A stretch of DNA of 63,557 bases, the filler included, from Octopus bimaculoides (taxonomy: Eukaryota): the NCBI RefSeq assembly GCF_001194135.2. It is 4 parts of 4 records of this genome, joined end to end, with 100 filler letters (N's around TTAATTAATTAA, not from the genome) between each part and the next. Parts side by side here need not be neighbours in the genome. Positions count along the whole stretch, not along the records: positions 1 to 24,000 come from NC_068985.1; 3 more parts are not named here. One strand, written 5' to 3'. Under the pieces are notes generated by a model that was not told where the DNA came from, did not search any database, and saw nothing but the letters and a program-made list of their open reading frames with translations. Numbering within the stretch: position 1 is the stretch's first letter; the number at the start of each line of letters is the position of its first letter. This document shows positions 1 to 12,476 of the stretch, piece after piece. The position numbers and the translations under genes were made by a program.

Positions 1-429
1 ATAAACAAGCACACAAACATGTGCCTATACTTATGTATGTAATTTCACTTATATATTTGTGACAAACAAGATTAAAATATATTTTTTTTAAATACAGAGA
101 TCTATGATTGAAGAGATGGAAACGGAAATACGACATTTTCATAGAGAAGAGAAGTCACTTACACAAGCAGGTGCTTTGAAAATAAAATGTAGGTAAATCC
201 ATATATCAATTCACTGCGAAAATCATCAGCAACAGCTCAGAAAACTTTCTCAGATTATTTTTGCAAGACGTTTTAACAATTTCTAACATCCTGAAACACG
301 GAAAAGTTGCATCAATTCCCGATTTATTACGTAAGACGTTGAGTAAACTTTACACAAAATATAGTTTATGGCGCTCGTTCAGTTCAGGGATAGTGTTAAC
401 GAAGAAATGAATGGAAATAAAAAGGGAAA

Positions 430-670
430 AAGGAAAAAGCAACCGGATAATACATTATACGAAAATGATTGCGAAATCAACTTCTTGGTAATTCTTTTTC
501 AAGAAATGATCGGAAGAAGACACATATTACGAGTCTGTGGCGTATTAGGACCACATGGAAGAATCGGTGTACGGCTACTGGAACCACGGAACACATGACG
601 TTGTAATGAACAAAAATATATGAACAAAACTGTGTTCGATCCTCCCAACAATAGGGAGCAGAAAAGATTG
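430..670 (+). mobile_element. Degenerate RTE-type LINE fragment (apurinic endonuclease C-terminal part)
   Basis: Frameshifted translation gives LLGNSFSR (cf. LLGDFNAR), GVLGPHG, GVRLLE and HDVVMN (cf. GVLGPHG..NG..LLE.C..HDLVITN of RTE endonucleases). Confidence 0.45.
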
Positions 671-679
671 ATGGAACTA

Positions 680-880
680 CTGGTATTCCGTAGGTTGTGA
701 CGACGAGGCTTTCAGGTGATCCAGTCAACGGGACATCCTGCTCTTAAAATTAATGTGCGGGAGGTTGAGCACTCCACATATTTGCGGACCCTTAACATAG
801 TTCTTATGGATATTCGGCGTGATGCACAGTATGACATGGTTAGCCCTTTGAAATACAGGTACAACCCATTTTTTCCTACT
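680..880 (-). mobile_element. SINE family A 3' module (partial copy)
   Basis: Diverged match to 24141-24320 and 50520-50700 (GTTGAGCACTCCACA...CCCTTAACATAGTTCT...TACAGGTACAAC). Confidence 0.75.
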
Positions 881-1837
881 GATAGCTTTGCATATCTACT
901 ATAGAACAACAAAACAATCCGATAACTACAAAACATGGAGAGAAAGACAAGAGTTTTCTGTTATAATTGAAGTTAACAAATATGAACAACGTTTCGTGTA
1001 ACAGACAGATATGGATATGTCGGAGGATAAAAACAAAACTAGAGAATCTTTTTTTGTTTTTAAATACTACAAAACATTACAAAACTGGAAAATCGTATTA
1101 TTATTTGTCATTCTAAGATTGTTAGTCAGAAAGCAAATATCTATTAAGAATTTGGATAAAACAAAAGTCAGTATTCACTGCGAAGCATCGGAATTCTAAG
1201 ACGAGGTTTGAGACTACCAGGAACTATCAAAAATATAGAATGAAACAGAACACAAAACTAATTTTTTAGATATGAAATATATGTCAAGGTTGTATAGAAA
1301 CAATTAATCACATTGTTTCTATCTCTGGGACATGCCAATTTCTTCAAACAAGGAGATTAAGGAAAATTGACTAGATACATAAAATAACACATAAAATAAC
1401 ACCACCAGGGCATAAAGAAATGTTTTCTAATCGATGTGTCAACCAATGCAGAGGTATAGAGGAGTTCGGTTGATTGTCATCTCTTGAGAACCAAAATAAG
1501 CTAACGTTCCAACATTTAGCCTTCGCCTGAAACTGGGGAAAATAGATAAGTGTTATCACGCTGGTTGCAATATTGCAGATGAAGAATGAAAATAATGTCA
1601 AGAGATATGAAGGAGAAATGGTAATGCCAGAGAGAAGTAGTGGAAATAGTATACGAGATGGGGGAAGGAAATAGAATCAGAAGGTTAGGTGGTAGCGGAG
1701 GAGAAATGTTGTAACCTGAAAGATATCAAGTGAAATAAGAAGTGGCCGTAAGAAATAGATCAACAGACGTTTGTTTTCTTTTCGAGGCTTGGAAGTAACA
1801 AGGCAGGTTACCTGTTTATTAATAATCGTAGTCAACA

Positions 1838-1960
1838 AATCGACCTCAGTAGTTATTTGCTTTCTTTTTATAAGTCTAGAACTTATTGTATCAGTTTCTT
1901 TTGCCAAATCGCTAAGTTACAGGGACGTAAATAAAACAAGACAATTTGTAAAGCGGTAGG
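1838..1960 (-). mobile_element. SINE family D fragment
   Basis: CTTATT...TCTTTTGCCAAATCGCTAAGTTACAGGGACGTAAA matches copies at 3955-4185, 24615-24745 and 34955-35150. Confidence 0.6.
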
Positions 1961-2137
1961 GTGAAAAAAACAGACACAAAGATATACATACATACATACA
2001 TATGTGTATGTGTGTGGGGTCATATGGATGTGATTTATACATAAAAATATATATGTAAAATCGCTACGCTGTCTTTCTCTGAGCTTTTTAGTAAGACATT
2101 GTTTATATAAATATGTATATATATATATGCACGTATG

Positions 2138-2174
<37 letters not shown>

Positions 2175-3044
2175 GTATGTATGTATGTATGTATGTATGT
2201 GTGTGTGTATGTATGTATCTATCTATCTATGTATATATATATATAACTATATCAGATCATATAATCAAAGAGAGATTAATAAGGGATTAGTAATCCATGA
2301 GGCAGGATATTTCATAACCTTTCTACAGATAAATATGCATTAGGCAAACAAATAAATCCCCTGACGGATGTTGGAATTCAGGTAGTTCGACTTCAAAACT
2401 CGTCATCAGTCAAATTTATAAACCTGTTAAATTGCTACGTTGCTACTGAGTTATATTGAAAATACACACAAAGCAATGAATTTTTTTATGGATTTACTTG
2501 TGGGGCCAGTGCAAGTTCACCAGAATGAAAAAATTAAGAGAAGCTGTTTAAGAAAGAAACGATAACGCTCTCTGTATCTCACTTTTAAAGTATCTGCCTC
2601 CCCGACCCATCTCGCTTTATCTGCCTTATTTTAACCTCACCACCAGAGCATTACCCCCTACTAAATATTGTATCCTAAACATATATCTTTCTTTTTACCT
2701 TCACTCCCCACCCTACAGCACGCCGTTAATACTTTTCCCGCCCTTTTCTCTGCCACTGTCGCTTTCTCTCGCTCTTCACCTTTCTCTTCAACTAACTACA
2801 TGACGTATTTTGCCTTATTATACTTTTATCTCTACTTCTTCCTCACATCTTTCTTCTCTACTCACACTCCTCATCTCTTTCTTTCTCACACACATACTTT
2901 TACTCCACCTCCCACTCACTCCACCTTCACTTCGTAACCAACTAAAGTATAAGGGGCAAACGCACAAACACATTATTATACAGATTGAGGTTTACAAATA
3001 TTTCGGATATGCATTGGAGGCATTCAGGAGTCACAGGTGTAACT

Positions 3045-3170
3045 CTGAAGAGGATTGCGAATGGTGGTTGTACTCTATTATTTTAGTGGTCGACCATCTA
3101 CCGATCGATTAAGATTGAACTATGGAACCAAATCTCTCCAATGCGTATCCGAAACATGTGTCATCTTCAG
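3045..3170 (+). ncRNA. Hammerhead-ribozyme-like motif (long stem II, weak stem I)
   Basis: CTGAAGA (3045-3051), GGAT...ATCC closing stem, GAAA (3151-3154), C-ATGT-GTC (3155-3162): all hammerhead core elements in order. Confidence 0.35.
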
Positions 3171-3233
3171 TAAATGTATAATATTCATTTTCTGTCTTTT
3201 TCTGGGGTTTTTTACATCAATATTTATGCACGT

Positions 3234-3298
<65 letters not shown>

Positions 3299-3349
3299 CG
3301 AGCTTCTACAGCAATAGATGGAAATACATTCTCCATGGATTGATTGGCC

Positions 3350-3450
3350 TGGTGCTATATAAGATCTTACCCAAACTATCGCTAGCGGCACTGAACCAGA
3401 AACCCCGTGATTGGAACGTGGACTTCCCAACCACACAGCCACGCCTGCTT
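3350..3450 (-). mobile_element. tRNA-derived SINE family C head fragment
   Basis: Ends in ACCACACAGCCACGCC, the reverse complement of head GGCGTGGCTGTGTGG; related to 4245-4360 and 24750-24825. Confidence 0.6.
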
Positions 3451-3954
3451 TTATAGCATAATCTCAATATACTAGTAAAACACTAAACGAAAGAAAACTT
3501 TCCCGTATCTGAATCATACAAAGCTTCACTGTTTCACAGAGAACGTAATAATAACACCACTACGGAAAGAACAATATACACTTTAACAAAGAAGAGAAGG
3601 AAACTATTTAGACGCTAATGTATATGATTAGTACTAGAACTATATGAAAAGGAACGATCTTTTGATATTTGTCATAAGTACACAGTCGTCGCTTACAAAA
3701 CATTTAGGATCATATAGGCCTCGAGGAAATAAGTTTGTCAAACGAGTGAATGGCTGCGTCTGAATATCAGCATTCTTTGATTGTATTAAACGTATAGAGC
3801 TGTGTAAATATCAGGAAAATTTGTTTTGAAGTATAATATATAATCGAATTATTTCAAGAATAGATATATGTATTGGATTATTATACATTATAAAATGGTA
3901 TAATTTAAAATAAGTTCATAATTTATAAAAGATTCTGCAGGACTGGTTTTAATT

Positions 3955-4185
3955 AATCATCTTTTAGCTTTTATTTTTTAATTGTTTCAGTCATTTGACT
4001 GAACGCAATTTGGGATACCGCATTGAAAGGTTTTTAGCCGAACAAATCGACTCCAGGATTTATTTTTTTAAGCCAGGTATTTATACTATCTGTAGCTTTT
4101 ACCGAAGCGTTAAATGGACGTAAACACACCTGCACCGATTGTCAAGTGGTGGTGGTAGTGGACCATCACATATACAAAAGCGGGT
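3955..4185 (-). mobile_element. SINE family D
   Basis: TTGTTTCAGTCATTTGACTG...GAACAAATCGACTCCAGG...GGACGTAAACACACC...TGTCAAGTGGTGG; repeated several times in the window. Confidence 0.75.
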
Positions 4186-4244
4186 GCACACACACATACA
4201 TTCATACCTACATACATGTGTGTGTGTGTGTGTGTGTATTTAAA

Positions 4245-4360
4245 CAACGTACTCCTTTAATTTCCATCTATCAAATCCACTCACAAGGCCCGGGGTTATA
4301 GTAGAGAACCCTCACTCAAGGTGCCACTGAACTTGAACTATGCGGTTGGGAAGCAAGCTT
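4245..4360 (-). mobile_element. SINE family C fragment
   Basis: CAAATCCACTCACAAGGC...CAAGGTGCCAC...GGTTGGGAAGCAAGCTTCTT; its head is interrupted by the adjacent family B copy. Confidence 0.7.
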
Positions 4361-4590
4361 CTTATTTCTTTACTGCCCACAAGGGGCTACACACAAAGGG
4401 GACAAACAAGGACAGACAAACAGATTAAGTCGATTATATCGACTCCAGTGCGTAACTGGTACTTAATTTATCGACCCCGAAAGGAAGAAAGGCAAAGTCG
4501 ACCTCGGCGGAATTTGAACTCAGAACGAACGGCAGACGAAATACCGCCAAGCATTTCGCCCGGCGTGCTAACGTTTCTGCCAGCTTCTTG
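4361..4590 (-). mobile_element. tRNA-derived SINE family B (near full length)
   Basis: Reverse complement reads ...GCTGGCAGAAACGTTAGCACGCCGGGCGAAATGCTT...GAGTTCAAATTCCGCCGAGGTCGACTTTGCC...GGGGTCGATAAATTAAGTACCAG. B-box-like GAGTTCAAATTC present; about 20 related copies in the window. Confidence 0.85.
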
Positions 4591-6344
4591 CCACACCGCC
4601 ACGCCCGCATCTTTCATGCGTGTCATATTTGCATCGCTGTTAATTCTTGGCGCAAAACAAAAACAACAACAACAGCAATAATAAACACTTGGGTATATCC
4701 AACCTCTGTAACGTAAATAACAATTTGCTGTGATAAAGCAGCATTATCAAAGACATACATTTCTTAATTCTTGTTTGTCAATTTGATATGAGTAAGGTTT
4801 ACAGATTAATATTACTGACTTTAATTTCTTTATTCCGAGATTCCATGAATGTTGATCTTCATCAGATTCCCTCGATCACTTTAAGACATCCATATGCATT
4901 CCGGTTTTTTCACTATAATTATTGCAAATTAATCAAATTCGATGTTAAAGATAAATTTAAAATTGAACAAATAACGTATGTATTTTTAATAATGACTTCT
5001 CATTCACATGAAAATGTCATTTATATCATAACTGCATCCATAATTGGTTTAGTATTTATTTATTTCTGTTCTTTTCGAAACAAAAAAAGTGAAAACATTT
5101 TGAATAAGCTGTGTTTCCTAGAAAGACTTACGATTAATGCTACTACGACTTCGTTTTACGATGCAATGAGCTTAACATAAAATGTATTCCTTTAGAAATG
5201 TTTTTTTTTTTTGCTTTTTTTTTTTTGCTTTTGTTTTTTTCACGTCGTTGAAATACTACGAATCTTTATAATGAAGAATTTTAGTATCAAATAATATATT
5301 TAGCAAAAAAAAAAAAATATAACGAGAAAGAAAGAAAAGGAAAGAAAAAAGTGAAAATTCCTTATAAAAAGTTAGAAACAAAAAATAACGTACAATAGAC
5401 TAACCAATAGACTGAAAGTGAAAGCCAAACTTGAAGAATACATCATTCACCAAAGGCAATAAATGTTAAATAGTGCAGGCCTCAAAGCTGAACTTTGCAT
5501 CACACCACATGTGACGTTCAATGATTCAGAGAAAATATTTCTCTTTACCAACGACTCACTATGATCTTTGGAAAAAAATAAGATAATGAAATCATTTCAA
5601 TACAGAACCACAGGCAATAGTGTCACTATAAAGAATATCGAATAAAATATTATAATTGACTGAGATCAATAAATTAAAGAACAATGTAGCTTTGTTATTA
5701 ATAACAAATGAATGATAGTGTGTGGAGGATTAAGTAGAAATGCCGAGAACAAAATGCCAAGCAGTAGTTATTTAGGTCTTTCTTTGAGTTTGTTAGTTCA
5801 ATTCCCTCCAGGAGTGAATTTCATTTCTATTCTTCCGTGATCGGTAACAAATACTACTAATCGAATGTTGAATGTATTAGATCGACTCTGCCTTCCAAGT
5901 AAATGTGTTTGATTAATGGTCCATGTTGTATGGTCGTCGTCTGTATAAATATTGGTTGTGTATCTGCACATGTATGTGCAGACCTAGGCAAAGTATTTTT
6001 GTGGAAGGTTAACAGTTGAACGTGCATGATACTATTTGCGTCCGTATTCATTGATATTTATTTCAGTGTAAGTCCACCGGATTTGAGCCATTACAAGTTG
6101 ACCTCTCGTATCGTTGTTGTTAGAACACAAACAACTGGAACAGATACAACGAAGTATTTCGTTTTCGTTCTGTAAAAACCCTTGATTAGTACTTGTTCAT
6201 GAAACCCGAAAGAATGATAGCAAAGTCGATCTCGGCAGGACTAAAACGTAGAGAACAGAGAATCGAAGCAATTACCTCAAGGCATTCTTTCCAAAATTTA
6301 ACGGGTCACTGAGTAGTGATAACCATGTCTATCCCAAGCTTGAC

Positions 6345-6345
<1 letters not shown>

Positions 6346-6417
<72 letters not shown>

Positions 6418-6462
6418 AAGAAGAAGAAGAAGAAGAAGAAGAAGAAGAAGAAGAAGAAGAAG

Positions 6463-6496
<34 letters not shown>
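6346..6496. repeat. Compound microsatellite (AAT)n(AAG)n(AAC)n
   Basis: Directly visible; explains the poly-N/K/L/F ORFs at 6298-6737. Confidence 0.98.
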
Positions 6497-7077
6497 TCAA
6501 GAGAGGAGGGATATGCAAATTTTTTCCCGTATTTGGGATAGGAATGTTCATAACAACGTCCATTCGCTCTACATCCGGTGACAAAAGAACTGACCATTTT
6601 AAATAAGAGGATAATGACCGCCATTTTACCAAACTTACCTCTATTAAAAACCAATTGTTAATATGGTCTTTACTCATATGTATATTTTTGGCTGTTAAGG
6701 GTGTGAAATAGGTTGCGTGTATAGACAACAACCACACTAAAGTTAGAATGTATCGTTATATTTACGAACGTTGCTCATAAAATTAATGGATCAATGTACA
6801 TTGAGCATAACGAGAATGAATATTCTGAATATAACTTGTTGGATTGTGTAATAAAGGCAACGCAAGGAAATTAATCTTTGTGTATAATTAATGTGTTTAT
6901 GCACGAATGTGCATTAGTGAACACCACAAGTAAAGGTTAAGGCTTTATGTTGACTAATACATGAGCATGTCACTTAAGATTGAAAGAGGGAGAGAAAGAT
7001 GAATTCGTTCAGACATGTGACATAGATTCCCCTAGACTGTTGAGTGTCTCTGTTAGTAATGGTAAATTTCGGGCCAG

Positions 7078-7350
7078 GGAGTAGACCGATTATATCGACT
7101 CCAGTACTCAACTGGTATTTATTTTATTAGCCGTGAAAGGATGAAAGGGAAGTCGACATCGGTGGAATTTTAACTCAGAACGTAGAGACGGACGAAATGC
7201 CGCTAAGCATTTTGCCTGGGGTGCTAACGCTTCTACCAGTTCACCGCCTTTTATTCGTCACGAACACAGACCGATTATATCGACCCTAGTGCTTTACTGG
7301 TACTTCATTTATCGACCCCAAAAGCATGAAACGCAGAACATTTTGAACTC
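7078..7350 (-). mobile_element. Two adjacent SINE family B copies (7078-7248; partial 7268-7350)
   Basis: GATTATATCGACTCCAGT...GGAATTTTAACTCAGAACGTAGAGACGGACGAAATGCCGCTAAGCATTT. Confidence 0.8.
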
Positions 7351-8720
7351 AGAATATATATATGGTTATATTTCGGGATGGTCTTCTTTTTTTTCTTCCA
7401 AATAAATAGGCATTATATATTCGTTCGTCACTCGTTTTTTAGTGTTTTTCTTTTAATTCATGTCCATTTTCCGGAAATCTTTAGTCACACGTCTGTGACC
7501 TCTCAGCGACACTTTCCTTTCTCGAGTATGCTCCTGTTCCGCTTACTCCATTCTGTTCTTCCATTATTTGTAATGGATCAATGAATATAACTAACACAGA
7601 TGAAGATTGCAACGTGCACTTTCAATTGTATGTGTGTAAGCACACTCACACACATACACACACACACATACACACACATACACATGAACACATACCTATA
7701 CAGACGCAAACGCATGCGCATATGAGGCTGCACGTCAAAGAACAGGGTGGAATAAGCGAAGCAGGAGCATATACAAGCACAGAAAATATCGCTGACGAGG
7801 TCACAGATGTGTGACGAAAGACTTCCGGACAATGGACATAAGTTAAAATAAGAACAGTTATAAATGAGTGAAGAACAAATATATAGCGCATGTGCTTATT
7901 TGGTAAAAAAATGGAAAATAAATAATTAAATAAATAAAATGATCATCTCGAATGATAACAATATCTATTTCAACACATGGATTCACATTAGGAATCTTGC
8001 AACACGTTCATAAAAGTATATATATATATATATATATNNNNNNNNNNNNNNNNNNNNNNNNNNNNNNNNNNNNNNNNNNNNNNNNNNNNNNNNNNNNNNN
8101 NNNNNNNNNNNNNNNNNNNNNNNNNNNNNNNNNNNNNNNNNNNNNNNNNNNNNNNNNNNNNNNNNNNNNNNNNNNNNNNNNNNNNNNNNNNNNNNNNNNN
8201 NNNNNNNNNNNNNNNNNNNNNNNNNNNNNNNNNNNNNNNNNNNNNNNNNNNNNNNNNNNNNNNNNNNNNNNNNNNNNNNNNNNNNNNNNNNNNNNNNNNN
8301 NNNNNNNNNNNNNNNNNNNNNNNNNNNNNNNNNNNNNNNNNNNNNNNNNNNNNNNNNNNNNNNNNNNNNNNNNNNNNNNNNNNNNNNNNNNNNNNNNNNN
8401 NNNNNNNNNNNNNNNNNNNNNNNNNNNNNNNNNNNNNNNNNNNNNNNNNNNNNNNNNNNNNNNNNNNNNNNNNNNNNNNNNNNNNNNNNNNNNNNNNNNN
8501 NNNNNNNNNNNNNNNNNNNNNNNNNNNNNNNNNNNNNNNNNNNNNNNNNNNNNNNNNNNNNNNNNNNNNNNNNNNNNNNNNNNNNNNNNNNNNNNNNNNN
8601 NNNNNNNNNNNNNNNNNNNNNNNNNNNNNNNNNNNNNNNNNNNNNNNNNNNNNNNNNNNNNNNNNNNNNNNNNNNNNNNNNNNNNNNNNNNNNNNNNNNN
8701 NNNNNNNNNNNNNNNNNNNN

Positions 8721-8774
<54 letters not shown>

Positions 8775-9746
8775 ATTACGTATGTATGTATTCGTGTGTC
8801 GAGTGTACATATATATATGTTTACAGGAAATGTGGGTTCATGTCCCATGCGTACAGTTAGACATTTACTATGGAAAAGGAAATTTCAACCTAACATTTAC
8901 ATGCTATTTCCTTCATAGTTATAGGTAAAATGCTTCGAGAATTAAGAATTATTTCACGTCCTCTCGAAAGTTTATAAAATTTTTATGATGTCAGCAATAT
9001 ATATATATATATTTATATCAATATGTGTGTGTGTGTGTGTGTGTGTGTGTAGCATATTCCTTGACACATCTCAAAGATAAACTATCAATCTAAGGTGAGT
9101 GGTTCTATGGATTTGAATGGATTCTAGGGATTTGAAGCGAAATAGGCGAAATGGCTACGAAGAACAACATAAGATGTTTTGCATTATCCTGTTCATTGGA
9201 AATGGCATAAATCACTCGTGACCACACAGGGGTAGTCTATAATAAAGCGTATTACTTAGCATCATCACACATACACATCAGTAACAGCACCAAGACATAA
9301 GTTGAATCGTCAAAACAACATCTGTCACTAGCGGCAGTTACTGCAGTGTGTAACCAGTAATATTGCTGTGATTTAAGTGTTGGGGAAGCAAACTTTCCGT
9401 GATTAGTGTTCTATCTACTAACATCTCAGTTTCAAACCTCTCTTTTTATCAGTATTTTCTTAACGCCTGAAATAACCATGGTTATCACTAATCACTGACC
9501 TGTCCAAGTGATTGAGAATGATTAATAACGACGATTTATAACGACAAATAAATAGATAATGGTGAGAGGCTGCAGTAAATTTAATCGATTCCTTGTAGTT
9601 GATTGACTATTACTTACATTATAGAACCCGCCAAGGATACAAAATGTAACGTTGGCACCGATGTGAGCTGAAGTGGTAATACATAACATTGTAACTGCTT
9701 ATCTCAAGGCCTTTTGTACGACGTTCCCTAAATTTGACTTGCAATT

Positions 9747-9940
<194 letters not shown>

Positions 9941-9967
9941 ATGCAGTACCAGGCAGTGGCTCTCATG
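9941..9967. mobile_element. End of unclassified TAA/ATT-associated element (rest lost in gap)
   Basis: ATGCAGTACCAGGCAGTGGCTCTCATG closely matches the reverse complement of the ends of the copies at 19985-20296 and 20479-21032. Confidence 0.7.
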
Positions 9968-10971
9968 NNNNNNNNNNNNNNNNNNNNNNNNNNNNNNNNN
10001 NNNNNNNNNNNNNNNNNNNNNNNNNNNNNNNNNNNNNNNNNNNNNNNNNNNNNNNNNNNNNNNNNNNNNNNNNNNNNNNNNNNNNNNNNNNNNNNNNNNN
10101 NNNNNNNNNNNNNNNNNNNNNNNNNNNNNNNNNNNNNNNNNNNNNNNNNNNNNNNNNNNNNNNNNNNNNNNNNNNNNNNNNNNNNNNNNNNNNNNNNNNN
10201 NNNNNNNNNNNNNNNNNNNNNNNNNNNNNNNNNNNNNNNNNNNNNNNNNNNNNNNNNNNNNNNNNNNNNNNNNNNNNNNNNNNNNNNNNNNNNNNNNNNN
10301 NNNNNNNNNNNNNNNNNNNNNNNNNNNNNNNNNNNNNNNNNNNNNNNNNNNNNNNNNNNNNNNNNNNNNNNNNNNNNNNNNNNNNNNNNNNNNNNNNNNN
10401 NNNNNNNNNNNNNNNNNNNNNNNNNNNNNNNNNNNNNNNNNNNNNNNNNNNNNNNNNNNNNNNNNNNNNNNNNNNNNNNNNNNNNNNNNNNNNNNNNNNN
10501 NNNNNNNNNNNNNNNNNNNNNNNNNNNNNNNNNNNNNNNNNNNNNNNNNNNNNNNNNNNNNNNNNNNNNNNNNNNNNNNNNNNNNNNNNNNNNNNNNNNN
10601 NNNNNNNNNNNNNNNNNNNNNNNNNNNNNNNNNNNNNNNNNNNNNNNNNNNNNNNNNNNNNNNNNNNNNNNNNNNNNNNNNNNNNNNNNNNNNNNNNNNN
10701 NNNNNNNNNNNNNNNNNNNNNNNNNNNNNNNNNNNNNNNNNNNNNNNNNNNNNNNNNNNNNNNNNNNNNNNNNNNNNNNNNNNNNNNNNNNNNNNNNNNN
10801 NNNNNNNNNNNNNNNNNNNNNNNNNNNNNNNNNNNNNNNNNNNNNNNNNNNNNNNNNNNNNNNNNNNNNNNNNNNNNAAACCGGTTAAATCTTTAAATAT
10901 ATTAATAAAAAATATTTTAACTATTCCCAGTGCAGTTTCAACTTCTATTTTCTCCATATACATGTGTGTGC

Positions 10972-10972
<1 letters not shown>

Positions 10973-11029
<57 letters not shown>

Positions 11030-11084
11030 AAGCAGCAGCAGCAGCAGCAGTAGTAATAGTAGTAGTGGTAGTAGTAGTAGTAGT

Positions 11085-11133
<49 letters not shown>

Positions 11134-11134
11134 A

Positions 11135-11214
<80 letters not shown>
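10973..11214. repeat. Compound (TAG)n/(CAG)n microsatellite
   Basis: Directly visible. Confidence 0.98.
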
Positions 11215-11254
11215 AGAGAGCTGCTGTCTCGAAAATTTGTTTAGAAGAGGAGAG

Positions 11255-11370
11255 GTTGGACACTCTGCCACTGGTACCACCACTGAGTTGAATACCACTC
11301 AACCTGAAGAAACACCTGGACACTTAGAAATACCCTACAATCTAGGTGCATTATAAGAGAGTAAGAAACT
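11255..11370 (+). mobile_element. R4/Dong-type LINE extreme C-terminal fragment
   Basis: Frameshifted IPLNLKKHLD-LEIPYNLGAL resembles the end of RLE-type ORFs (IP..L...L..L.I......LQKS). Confidence 0.45.
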
Positions 11371-11384
11371 GCACTGAAAGTAGG

Positions 11385-12250
11385 CATATAAATACAGACG
11401 AGATCTTAACCTTTCTAATTATGATGATAAGGAGTACACACCACATACAAAGGCAGCACACAGTTGTAAAACTAAAACCAAACAAGAAAGCTTGAAGAAA
11501 ATATCAAGATTGTGGCAAGAAAACCCATTGCGTGGGCAATACCACAAACGAGCTGGGGAGGCTGATCAGTTGCTGCAGAGTGTTGGTTTGAAAACCGAAA
11601 CAGAAGGAGTTATCCAAGTGGCCCCAAACAGGGTTGCGTCACTCAGAACTGTCAAGCTAATGTCACACACAATTAGTTAGGCACAAAGTGTAGAGTCTGA
11701 AATGTCCAACTTTAGATTACTGATAACATTGTTGCCAGTTGCTCAGTCCTTGCGCCTACAGAATATGAAAAAGAAGCATGATCGAATTGGCCAATACTTG
11801 CACTGGAACATATGATGTCACTATAATACACATCACCCTAAGAACTAGTATGACATCACCCAGAGCAAGTAACAAAGGAATAGATCGTCATCGTCATTTG
11901 GGATTATGAGATAAATACAGACAAGCAAATAAATCATAACAGACCAGACAACGTCATCAAGTACCTATGACAAAATCATGCCTGTTTATTAATATGACTG
12001 AATATTGATAGTAACGTCTCAACAAAGAAATTTGAAAAGCTGTCGAAATATAAGGTCATTGAGATTAAGATATCTAGATAGAGGCAATTAAAAACTAGAT
12101 CAATCCTTGTTGCTGTATGTGCCCTAGGAATGGTCAAGAAAATGTACAGACAAAATCTTTAACCAGATTCCTGGGAAGCCAACAATCTATGAGACTCAAA
12201 CTGTGTTGATATCCACCTCCCACATTCTCAGGACGTTTCTCTCCTTCTAA
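11385..12250 (+). mobile_element. R4/Dong-clade non-LTR retrotransposon 3' remnant (CCHC region + restriction-like endonuclease)
   Basis: Broken frames give WQENPLRGQY, GLKTETEG, DNIVASCSVLAPTEY, HDRIGQYLHWNI, IWDYEINTDKQINHNRPDNVIK, EKLSKYK, ALGMVKK and STSHILRTFL, including the PD..D/E..K endonuclease motifs. Confidence 0.88.
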
Positions 12251-12264
12251 TATATACGTACCTA

Positions 12265-12476
12265 AAGGCGTCGACCTGGCAGAATCGTTTCCGCACCGGA
12301 AAGAACTGCTTAACCCCATTTCGTCCGTCTCTGAGTTCAAATTCTGCAAAGGTCGACTTTGCCTTTCATCCTATCCGGATCGATAAAATATACACCGGTT
12401 GAACACTGGGGTCGATGTAATCGAACTATCCGCTCCCCCGAAATTGCTGACCCTGTGTCAAAATTTGAAATCAATA
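12265..12476 (+). mobile_element. SINE family B
   Basis: CTGGCAGAATCG...GAGTTCAAATTCTGCAAAGGTCGACTTTGCCTTTCATCC...CACTGGGGTCGATGTAATCGA. Confidence 0.85.
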
